A DNA stretch of 64,000 bases from Macrostomum lignano (taxonomy: Eukaryota), in contig NIVC01002429.1 in the NCBI GenBank assembly GCA_002269645.1, positions 110,620 to 174,619 on the forward strand. The letters are read 5' to 3'. The stretch's first letter is position 1; each line of letters opens with the position of its first letter. Positions 1 to 11,800 of the stretch are shown piece by piece. The translations under genes were made by a program, and so were the position numbers. Under the pieces are notes generated by a model, which worked only from the letters and a program-made list of their open reading frames with translations, searched no databases and was not told where the DNA came from.

Positions 1-182
1 CGCGCTTCGTTTAACCAGCGTATGGTGCGTCGCAGATTCCTCTGGCCGAGCTGGTCGCCAGTACTGCTCATGCTGGGCACCCGCATGAAGCCGGGGAACG
101 CCTGCAGTGCGTTGAACATGATCTGGCGCTGTCTGGCCGTCAGCTGCACGCCACCTGCGTTGATTGCGTTTGTCCGCGAGGA
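1..182 (-). CDS. Probable internal coding exon of an unidentified gene continuing off the left edge
   Basis: Acceptor ...ttcaccaag| at 183, then an open GC-rich frame to base 1: SSRTNAINAGGVQLTARQRQIMFNALQAFPGFMRVPSMSSTGDQLGQRNLRRTIRWLNEA. No recognisable domain. Confidence 0.45.
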
Positions 183-272
183 CTTGGTGAAGACAATCAA
201 TAGAGATCGATTGACGGATGGGGAAAGCAGTAAAGGCAGGGTACGAGCGCGTTGTGACAGGATTGGCGAGTG

Positions 273-500
273 ACGGGCTGGGGAAGGGAGTAGGCTAGGT
301 ACATACAGTTGCAGGGGCGAGAGACGGGCTGGGCAAGGAAGGGAGTGGGCTATGTACATACAGTTGGAGGGGCGAGAGACGGGCTGGGGAAGGGAGTAGG
401 CTAGGTACATACAGTTGCAGGGGCGAGAGACGGGCTGGGCAAGGAAGGGAGTGGGCTATGTACATACAGTTGGAGGGGCGAGAGACGAGCTGGGTAAGGG
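273..500. repeat. G-rich minisatellite, about 4 units of ~56-59 bp in two alternating variants
   Basis: GACGGGCTGGG..AAGGGAGT.GGCTA.GTACATACAGTTG.AGGGGCGAGA repeated. Confidence 0.85.
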
Positions 501-2421
501 AGTGGGTATAAAGCTAAAGATCAGGGAGCTAAAGATTAGAGAGTCCAGAGAACCTACAGGTTCTCAGTGGCTTCTACCCTATCTACGTGCATGTAAATAG
601 ATCTACAAAGTGCGTGTAACTAGTACATGTACATGCATTCCTGATTACAAATGTATTTCAGTGATGATAAAGGATCACTGGCTGCATAAAGCGCACAATC
701 AGGCTTAATTCACTTTCCAGAGAATCCCGATCGTACATCTGCAACACCAATAATATAGCTGCTTGACTTTAAATCAGTGCAACAAAATGGGAAGTGCAGG
801 AAAATTTAATAGGCTACAGCACGCGGCTACAATGAAGCTCATTCAGTGCATGCAAATAATATTTCATAAGTTCTATGCAGTTAGTGCATGCTGTACTGTA
901 CTTTTATGTTGGCGCCGTACAATATCGATAAAAAGCAGCACAATTTTCGTAATTAATCAGCTGTGTTTTAATGGTGGGCTATTTCCAGACGTTATACCGT
1001 GTCCATAATTTTTTTCTATAACTTCTATATTTTTTTCAACTGATTTTCGATTAAAGCTGATTATGTTAAATTATTTTATTCATATGGTAATTGGTGCTAT
1101 AGAAAGAGCATTGCATAATTAAAAAAATATGCATAGAATCGTGCTATCCGTAGAATGACTATCCAATTCCATTAAGCTATTTCAACCCTTCCCTTAGGAA
1201 TAGGTGAAGACAATATTTTGTCGCAGGAGTTCAAACCCGGAGATTTAAGATTTGTTTGATTTCGAGTCTAATTTGAACTTTTGCGACCTAATATAGTTCA
1301 TCATAAACGAACTTACAAAACTAAAGCAAGCGTTAAAATAACAGAAATTAAAGTCTTAGCAATATTTATATTTAATTTTAATTATTGTAAATTTATACTG
1401 TACATTTAAGGCATTTCTCTCCCTAGATTTCCGTACTTGTAAATTAAATTTTAAAAGCAAACTACTATAGATTTAGATATCATGTTCTTATACTATTTTA
1501 TTATATTTTACTATCACTGAGGATCCTTAGTTTCTCTTCCAATAATTATTTCCTACAAAATCGACAGTTTAACAACGTCTTTTGTTGAAAGTGAAGCATT
1601 TAATTTTTTTAATTTAGGCGTACTTTTATTTAACATGTTAAGATTAATTCATTTAAATAAAGGCCGATAAAAATTTGATGCAACAAAAGCATTTTTAATA
1701 TAAAAATCACTTAGTACAGGAAACAAAGGAAGTCGATAATTTTCGTGCCAGCCGTGAGCATAAACTGCAGTATCCACTGTTGGGCCAGACTCCCAATACA
1801 TGCATGCAATTTCAGATATTAATGTGTAAAATTAATAACTAATTACAGTTGCCATGCAGATGCAGCTTTGTTATAAAGTTTTTTTCACTTTTAGTTTTAA
1901 AAACACAGCCCAGATAGCAGTATTTATAGAGAACTAGTTGAGGCAAAGCGAAAAAAAATAAAAAAATTATTTCTAAAAATCCATTTTATATGTATAAAAG
2001 CCCAAGAAAATCACGGAGCCGTTAGTTAAGTAATTAATAGGGGCTTGAGAAGACGGTGCGTGATCGCGACGATTCGGCGTGAAGACTTTCTTTGCTGGTT
2101 AATAAGAGTAATTTAGTAAAAACTTCCATTCATAGCGGGAAGATAAAAGCGGCAAACGATTGGGCGAGCAAGTTAAATTCAATCGCATAGAAAACGGTTG
2201 CCAGACAGCAAACTAAAAGGGGGGCTTATCTAGCAAAAAGCAATACAAAAAACCGGCCCGATTAGGCCAGGAAAAACTGAAGGCTAAGACACTGAGCGCG
2301 CACTTCCTACTCTTAGTAGTAGAGGCGTTGCGTTAGCGCGCGGGCAGAGGAAATTATTGGCAGGTAGGGGGAGGGGGCGAGGAAGTCAAATCCGGAGGAG
2401 GGGCGCGGGGGCACAGGTGAG

Positions 2422-2876
2422 TTACTCATCGCGCGGCTCATCGCCTTCCGCTCCCGCCGCGTCATCTGCAGCGGCCGGAGCGGCGGTTTCATTCTCTTCC
2501 TCACCTGGCGCCGCCGCCGCGGCCGCTGACTCTGCGGCCTCAGGTGCCTCAGGCTCCGCTTCAGCTTCGGCCTCGGGCTTATCCTCAGACTCAGGCTCAG
2601 CTTCAGGTTCCGCTTCAGGCTTCGATTCGGCCTCCGGCTCAGCTTCAGGCTGAGGTTCATCAGCTTCAGTCTCCGGCTTAGCCTCATCAGCTTCAGCCTC
2701 GGGTTCAGGCTCAGCCTTAGCCTCCGGTTCAGCCTCGTTCTCGACCGCCGCCGGTTCCGCGGGTTCCTCGCTTTTACCCTCCGCGGGTTCCTCGCTTTCA
2801 CCCTCCGCGGATTTGGCCTCGCCCTGTTCCTGGCCACTCTTGCGCATCTCGGCCACCTCTTTGCGAGCTTGCATGC
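2422..2876 (-). CDS. SPA17-like last coding exon: second half of the final IQ motif plus an E/A/P-rich acidic tail
   Basis: Acceptor ttgtag|GC completes Gly in IQAGFRG-MQARKE. EPEAE low-complexity tail, TAA at 2424-2422. Confidence 0.88.
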
Positions 2877-5800
2877 CTACAAGAATCAAGCAGCGTATTT
2901 TATAATAAAAATCACACTAGCTTTACATTTTGCTTGAAGCCTGTGGAAACGGATAGAGAGTAACGGATACTCACCGCGGAAACCAGCCTGAATTTTGGAA
3001 GCCGCCTGATTCTGAGCCGGATCGTTGGGATCCACGGCATTGGCGGCGTCCGAGTCGGCTTCGCCCTTGGCCTCGTCGGTCTTCTCCTCCTCCTCAGCCG
3101 CGACCGGCTTCTTGAATTGAGAAAAGAAATGAGTTGGTTTTTGGGGAGAGTTCGGGTTCGAGCGTCAAGTGTCGGGGTTTCTGCGGCTAAGGCTGTTTTG
3201 CAGTTTTAGTATAGTGGACTAGCCATTTGCTCCCCCATAAATAAATGCAATCTAAATCTAGAAATTCAGTACTTCCAGATCCATTTAGAAACTGCTTGGG
3301 TGTCATCTCACCGTCTCAGGGCTCGAAGAGGATCTCAGATTAGAGAAGAAGGCGATCATTTTTTTCACCTGTCCGTCTTTTTGACAGCTGGCCATGGCCT
3401 AATAAGTATATTCTCTTATTTAAACCAAGCTAATTCTCGCTAGCAAAAAAGCAGAAAAGGTAAAGGATTTGTTTCGTCTTCTTCTTGTTCCGTGAAGAAA
3501 TCAGCGCTGATAACTAAGCAAAATGCCGCTCTATTGGTTATGAAGTAGATGAGATTTGCATTCACTAAAACCTCGCTCTTTATTGGCCGTCGCAAAAGGA
3601 ACGCCAGAAATGAGGAAAAGGTGCGAAACGAATAGGGCAAACACGGAGCGCGGTGCGCAGTTCTGTGTTTTACAATTTGCAGCAAGAGGAGAGCTTTGAG
3701 TAACAGAGGGAGAGAATGCAGGGGCTAGCATTGGCGCCATATGGCGTATACAATTGAGATTTTTGTGACCTCTACTAATGCATTCGCCCATTAAATGCTC
3801 TAGAAAGCTTGTCTGCAAATAACAAAGCGACTTGGAATTTATTTCTTGTAATTTTTTTAATAATACTACTCTCGTAGTTCGAAAACCTTTTAGTCCTCTC
3901 CCTATTGTCTTTTAAATATGCAAAAAACTATTAAATTTCACGAAGAACACCTTCCGATAATCAGGTAAAGCGCGAAATCACTAAGCGGTTATTGTACTTG
4001 GCTAACAAAAATGCAGTGAAATATTGAGCAGAGAAAGCCATAAAATCCAGTGCCAAGCTTGCCGTTAATAGTTGCAGAAATCTGACTCTTTGTAAAGGGG
4101 CAGGAAAAAACTGACGTTGGTCAAGTTCGAATTCATGAAGCCAGCTTGCGAAATGCAGCAGGTTCTGGCTCCATTTTGTTATAATGAGCTGCGTAATGTT
4201 GTAGGCTGAGAAAATCCGATTTCAGATACAAAAATGCCTCTGTTAGCTTTCAACTAAAGCATATTGTGCGGCGGCTTCTATTGCAAAATTGCGACACAAA
4301 GCGAGGCTTAATAAAAAGTCAAGCCACTCCCGATAATTATGTCAGTAATCCGTTGCGACCTCGAAGTCTCGTGAAGAATCTTCAGCCGCTGATGACTCGA
4401 CGGGCGCAGAAAAAGTCTCATCGACCGGTGAAGACTCAGCTGCAGCTTCATCTGCAGCCTCCTCAACCGGTGAAGACTCAACGGTAGTTTTATCAGCAGC
4501 CTCCTCAACCGGTGAAGACTCAACGGCGGCCTCATCAGCAGCCTCATCAACCGGTGAAGATTCAACTACAGCTTCATCGGCAGCCTCCTCAACCGGTGAA
4601 GACTCAACAATAGCTTTATCAGCAGCCTCATCAACCGGTGAAGACTCAACAATAGCTTCATCAGCATCATACTCAACCGGTGAAGACTCAACTGCAGCTT
4701 CATCAGCAGCCTCCTCAACCAGTGAAGCCTCAACGACGGCTTCATCAGCAGCCTCATCAACCAGTGAAGATTCAACTGCAGCTTCATCAACAGCCTCCTC
4801 AACCGGTGAAGACTCAACAATAGCTTTATCAGCAGCCTCCTCAACCGGTGAAGACTCAACGACGGCTTCATCAGCAGCCTCATCAACCGGTGAAGACTCA
4901 ACAATAGCTTTATCAGCAGCCTCCTCATCAACCGGTGAAGAATCAACAATAGCTTCGTCAGCATCATACTCAACCGGTGAAGACTCAACGGCAGTTTTAT
5001 CAGCAGCCTCATCAACCGGTGAAGAATAAAGTGCAGCTTCATCCGCAGCCTCCTCAATGGGTGAAGACTCAACGTCAGCTTCATCAGCAGCCTTATCAAT
5101 CGGTGAAGACTCAACGTTGGCTTTATCAGCAGCCTCATCAACCGGTGAAGACTCAACAATAGCTTTATCAGCAGCCTCCTCATCAACCGGTGAAGAATCA
5201 ACAATAGCTTCGTCAGCATCATACTCAACCGGTGAAGACTCAACGGCAGTTTTATCAGCAGCCTCATCAACCGGTGAAGAATAAAGTGCAGCTTCATCCG
5301 CAGCCTCCTCAATGGGTGAAGACTCAACGTCAGCTTCATCAGCAGCCTTATCAATCGGTGAAGACTCAACGTTGGCTTTATCAGCAGCCTCCTCAGCAGG
5401 TGCAGACTCGGCAACCACGGCGGTCTGCAGATCTACAGTCTCCTCAACGGGTGCAGACTCGGCAACCACGGCGGTCTGCAGATCTACCGTCTCCTCAACG
5501 GGTGCAGACTCGGCAACCACGGCGGTCTGCAGGTCTACCGTCTCCTCAATGGGTGCAGACTCGGCAACCACGGCGGTCTGCAGATCCGCAACCTCATACT
5601 CATACTCGGTGTCAAAAGTAAGCAAAGCCTCGAATGCAGCCACTTTGTCATTAATTTTTGAGTCAAAGGGGGCTGACTCGGCAATGCTTGTTGGCTGCTT
5701 GATGCTGGGTACCGCACCAGAGGGAAATGGTTGCTAGGGAAAGAGAAATAACGGGGGAAACTTAGAACGCATATAAGCATACCTGCTTACAATTAACAGC

Positions 5801-8800
5801 AAACTTGAGAATATGGAAAATGTGATGTCAGTGGGAACATCTTTGATTTATTAGCCTACCAAGATGCAATAATTTCACACCTCAAGTTTTCTGCAAGAAA
5901 TCTGTAAAGAAACAGAAAATGTCCCATCATGAAGCTTGACCATAATGAAACTGTGACACAATATAGTGTACTTGATTCAGAAATAAACGTTCGTTTTAAT
6001 TTAATAAGCTTCATTTTGGTAAAGAATCATGATAAGCATCACAGTTTTATCAAGGTCAAGTTTCAAAATCGATCCTTCACAAAGTTCTGCAACAAAGTTC
6101 TGAAAGTACATGTAGTTGCGTAACCTTCTGTATTGGCACCAACTTTTGCAAGAAGATGCTTTTAAAACTCGCCAAAGCGTTGCTTGCAACTGAAGAAGTT
6201 GGACGAGAGGTTCGCTTGTAGAAAATTTTTCAAGTGGGGCAGACCAGGGTCGCCTCATGGTTACGAGCTAAAACAAACGGATTAACCAAAGAGGCTTCTA
6301 CCTGGTTAAGTACACGCCTTGGAATCATTGAAAAGTATAAATTATTTACGACAAAAATAGCAAGAAAATATGCAATTTATGGTCTAATAAAGAAAAGGAA
6401 AATTCAAGCAAGAACTGCACTGGTTTCTAACCTCTTCCTCGGCCTCTTTCTGCTCCGCCGCTTCGTCCTGCTGCTCTTGGCCTGTTTCGTCCTTCAGCTT
6501 CTTGCGAGTCTGATAGCCTTTGAAGCCGGCCTGGATCTTGATGGCAGCCTGGGCCAGCTCGGGATCGTTCAGGTCGATCTCCTCCTCTGGGTTCTCCTGC
6601 TAGATGGGGATTGGGAACAAATAGAATACACTGTAGTGAGCTTGCTCATCTCTTGGTTGCACTGAGCTCAGCTACGAGTCTACGACTCAGAATCTACTTA
6701 AGAGCTTAATAACACGTATTTTCAAAATATTACGTTTTTTTCTAAATTACTATTTAGAATGGTATGAGTTTTTGACTAGCTAATGTACATTCTTGATGCT
6801 TTAGAAAGGTAAGGACTATCGACTAGCTAATGTACATTCTTGATGCTTTAGAAAGGTAAGAACTATCGACATGCTAATGTATATTCTTGATGCTTTAGAA
6901 AGATAAGGACTATCTACTAGCTAATGTACATTATTGATGCTTTAGAAAGGTAAGGACTATCGACTAGCTAATGTACATTATTGATGCTTTAGAAAGATAA
7001 GGACTATCTACTAGCTAATGTACATTATTGATGCTTTAGAAAGGTAAGGACTATCCACTAGCTAATTTACATTCTTGATGCTTTAGAAAGGTAAGGACTA
7101 TCGACTAGCTAATGTACATTATTGATGCTTTAGAAAGATAAGGACTATCTACTAGCTAATGTACATTATTGATGCTTTAGAAAGGTAAGGACTATCCACT
7201 AGCTAATGTACATTATTGATGCTTTAGAAAGATAAGGACTATCTACTAGCTAATGTACATTATTGATGCTTTAGAAAGGTAAGGACTATCGACTAGCTAA
7301 TGTACATTATTGATGCTTTAGAAAGATAAGGACTATCTACTAGCTAATGTACATTATTGATGCTTTAGAAAGGTAAGGACTATCCACTAGCTAATGTACA
7401 TTATTGATGCTTTAGAAAGATAAGGACTATCTACTAGCTAATGTACATTATTGATGCTTTAGAAAGGTAAGGACTATCCACTAGCTAATGTACATTATTG
7501 ATGCTTTAGAAAGATAAGGACTATCTACTAGCTAATGTACATTATTGATGCTTTAGAAAGGTAAGGACTATCCACTAGCTAATGTACATTATTGATGCTT
7601 TAGAAAGATAAGGACTATCTACTAGCTAATGTACATTATTGATGCTTTAGAAAGATAAGGACTATCTACTAGCTAATGTACATTATTGATGCTTTAGAAA
7701 GGTAAGGACTATCCACTAGCTAATGTACATTCTTGATGTTTTAGAAAGATAAGGACTATCGACTTGCTAATGTACATTATTGATGCTTTAGAAAGATAAG
7801 GACTATCTACTAGCTAATGTACATTATTGATGCTTTAGAAAGGTAAGGACTATCCACTAGCTAATGTACATTATTGATGCTTTAGAAAGATAAGGACTAT
7901 CTACTAGCTAATGTACATTATTGATGCTTTAGAAAGGTAAGGACTATCCACTAGCTAATGTACATTATTGATGCTTTAGAAAGATAAGGACTATCTACTA
8001 GCTAATGTACATTATTGATGCTTTAGAAAGATAAGGACTATCTACTAGCTAATGTACATTATTGATGCTTTAGAAAGGTAAGGACTATCCACTAGCTAAT
8101 GTACATTCTTGATGTTGTAGAAAGATAAGGACTATCGACTTGCTAATGTACATTATTGATGCTTTAGAAAGGTAAGGACTATCGACTAGCTAATGTACAT
8201 TCTTGATGCATTAGAAGGGAATGAGCTATAGCCTGGCTAATGCACATATAATGCAAAGGTAAGCTTGCTTCATTATACCTGAGGCTCCTCGGCCGCCTGC
8301 TCCTGAGCCTCGTCCTGCTGCTGCGGTTTCTCAGCCTCTTCGCCAGCATCCGGGGCCGCCTCCTTGAATGAAAGCGAGAATTAGGATTAATTTTCATATA
8401 AAGCTGCGCTCTACTCGATACGAAATCAAACTGAGACAAAGACAACAGAGAGAAAACTAGGCTACGTGTGAAAAGTGGAAAATGTTAACAAAATGACAGT
8501 AAAACGAATATTTGGTGAGGTTTAAATTAATATTTTATTAGTAGGGGGGTTACCTTGCTGGCACTCTTGCGACTCAGCGGACCCTTTGACGAGCGCTCTC
8601 GATCGCCAAAGCAACACAGAAGAAATGAGCTCATGCTTCTGAGCCAATAAGTTATCTGAGTCTACACACCACTGGCTTAAGCTATTTGACACTAATTTGT
8701 TTTCTCTGCACAGCTGCACCTTTGTTAATTTGGCGGCAAAAAGTGCACATGCGCCGCCGAGCAATAGCAGGCTTGAGGGTGAGAGTGAGTGAAATATTGG

Positions 8801-11800
8801 AAGCAGGCCAGGAGCGAGAGGCCGAACGCAGAGAGCGTATATTTATGCATTTTATCCGCTGCAGGGTCTCGACTCTCGCCAGCTGAAAACTGTCTGACTT
8901 TTGGAATAGGAGAGCCGCACGGCCTCACCTGTGCGCGCAGGCCCGCTTCAGTTTTCAGAACTTCTCTCTCTCTCTCTCTCACACTCAACCCTGAATGCTG
9001 TATCCATCGGACCTACAGTTTACACACACGCCGGAAGCAGATATTACCAATTGATAAACTTGGGACTTCCGTGTGCAAGTAGTCTGACTTGAACATCCCT
9101 CACTGTAAGATTAGTGATGAGCCTCTTACAGCTGCCAGGTGCACAGTCAGGTGGATGACTTAAAACGGTTTGAATGCGCAGGACCTACTGCAGCGTCGCT
9201 CGTATAAAATTCCAGTCAAGTTCTCCAAAAATAAACCCCGTTGCCTGCTTTCAAATAAACAGCCACTTGTACGGGACTGCCAAATGGAGGCAACTTAGCA
9301 GTTCTTGTGCTGTCAAATTAATAATTCATGGATACTTCTGCTCCAGTTGGACGGTAATCACCACGGAGATTAATTATAGCCTTTTAAGATTTGAGAAGAT
9401 TTGATAGAAGTCTATGCACAGGTGCTGTACAAGAGTGCATAAGCACAGGCAATGTGTACTTTTTGGCAAGGAATTTGCTCTATAGAGTTTCTATGCTCTA
9501 TAGTGAGTTAGTAGCGGTCAATTCTGAGCTCTTGTTGAGTCTTGCAACAAGTTGGCTTAAATTCACGGTTGCTGAAGGTTTGCCTAGAAAAGCACAATGA
9601 ACGAAAAATGCTTTCCAGTGTTAATTAGCGAGCTGTTAATATTGGGATTATGTGAATCTCAACAACACAATGGGACAAAAAACACGGAATAAACTATTAT
9701 CGGTCTCCATGCAGCCTAGAGCTCTTGTTAATAGGCACGAATTGAATTCGCAAACAAAGGAAGGTGATTGAACGATGCAGCATTGAAAGCAAAGCAGGCA
9801 TCCCAAACGCTTTGATAACTACAATGTAACAATACGCATGGTAGATGAACTCTACTCAAGTGCTCCCTGCTTGGTGACTGGCTACCAGGGACCCTGGAAC
9901 TGTGAAAACTTAACTTTGTTTCCTTTTTAATCCAAAAACAAATACTTGTGCGGATTTAAAATTTACTTTTCTCTGTGAAAATCTCTAAAATTTCTCTGAG
10001 TTCAGTCTTCCAGTCCAGGGCAGTTCCAGTTGTCCCTGATAATTACTAAGTCAGTAGTAAAAATGATAAAAGCTAGTACTAATAAAATTGGGACTTAGGA
10101 AACTAAAACAAACTCGGCACTGGGTAAGTGCCAGTGACTGGGAACGCTCGAGCGGCATAGGATACCTTTCCTGTTTCTGCGGAGTTAGCGTCCCCGGAGC
10201 GGGACTTATGGCTGCTCCATCCGCGTTGAATTTTGACAGCAGCCGCCTGCACCTCTGGGTCGTTCAGATCTATATCTACCTCCTCTTCACCGTCCTTGTC
10301 TCTAATCTGTCCCGCGGGCTCTGGAGCAGACTCTTCAACTACATCAGGCTCGCTGACTTCATCAGCTTTCTTAGCCCGAGACTTGTGGCTGCTCCAGCCG
10401 CGTTGTATCTTGACGGCAGCTGCCTGAACCTCTGGGTCTTCCAGATCGATGTCTACCTCTTCTTCATCATTTTTCTTCTCTTCTTCCGCAGTTTCTGGAG
10501 CGCCCTCTTCAGCTGGCTTTGCTGCATCATCTTCATCAGCTTTCTTAGCCCGAGACTTGTGACTGCTCCAGCCGCGTTGTATTTTGACAGCAGCTGCCTG
10601 AACCTCCGGGTCTTCAAGATCAATATCTACTTCTTCTTCAACATTGTCCTTCTTCTCTTCCACAGATTCTTGAGCAGTCTCCTTAACAGCATCATCTTCA
10701 TCTGTCTTATTGGCTCGAGACTTGTGACTGCTCCAACCACGTTGAATCTTGACAGCGGCTGCCTGCACTTCTGGGTCTTCAAGGTCAATATCTACCTGCT
10801 CCTCTTCGGCTTCCTCTTCAACCGGCTCGGGAGCAGTCTGTTCAACTGGCTCAGCTCCATCAGCGTCCTCAGACTTCTTAGAGCGGGACTTGTGGCTGCT
10901 CCAGCCTCGTTGAATCTTAACAGCAGCTGCCTGCACCTCTGGATCCTCCAGATCTATGTCTACTTCCTCTTCTTCATCGTGTTTATTCTCTTCCGCAGAT
11001 TCTGAAGCAGTTTCTTTAACTGGTTCGACAGCTTCATCTTGATCAGTCTTTTTAGCCCGAGACTTGTGGCTGCTCCAGCCTTGTTGAATCTTGACAGCAG
11101 CTGCCTGCACCTCTGGATCTTCCAAATCGATGTCAACCTCTTCCTCTTCCTCAGCGTTTTTCTCAACCGGTTTAGCTTCATCAGCTTCATCAGACTTCTT
11201 AGGGCGGGATTTATGACTGCTCCAGCCTTTCTGAATCTTAACAGCAGCCGCTTGCACCTCTGGGTCTTCCAGATCTATGTCTACCTCTTCCGCAACCCCC
11301 GGGTCCCCTGCCTCGGTCTTGGCAGCAGCGGTGCTTTCATCGGCTGCAGACTGAGCAGCCTCGACGGCTGCTGCTGCTGCCCTCATTGCCTGAAAGCGTC
11401 GCGCAAAAAATGTTCTTGCAGAGTGCGAGTACGCAATGTAGCTTGCAAAAACTAATGCTGTATATTAATTAGCCTTGACACGAACTATTTTTAGCGAAAT
11501 AGACATAATTAGAGTTTAATTATTAGAAAGCAATTGTTAAAAAGCAAAGATGTTAAAAAAACAGTAGCGATGCATGATCATGGGGGTTTACAATAGACAG
11601 TGCCTTATTGTGATCCGCTCATGTATTGACAGCTTATGTGGTAATTTAAATTGAAAATCCAGCTCACCTCTCGCTTGGCCTTCATATCCTTTCGGGTGCG
11701 GTAGCCCTTGTAGCCGGCCTGTATTTTCACGGCCGCCTCTTCCAATTCGTCCTTGGATGGGCCCTCGATGATTTTCTGTCGGGAGAGAGTTGAGAGTGCA

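Noticed and set aside
4566-5737. Leu/Arg-repeat and Ser-repeat ORFs in other frames
   Set aside because: Alternative frames or antisense of the 42-bp-unit acidic exon.
6776-8205. CRISPR-like array (also 63040-64000)
   Set aside because: Head-to-tail units with no unique spacers; eukaryotic context; no cas genes.
10158-10165. Donor GTATCCTA as a possible GT-type U12 site
   Set aside because: Mismatch to GTATCCTT, and no TCCTTAAC near the 8363 acceptor, which has a U2-like CTAAT and a pyrimidine tract.
10088-11455. Plus-strand hydrophobic ORFs (305 aa, 138 aa) resembling membrane proteins
   Set aside because: Antisense mirror of the Glu/Lys-rich IQ-repeat exon.
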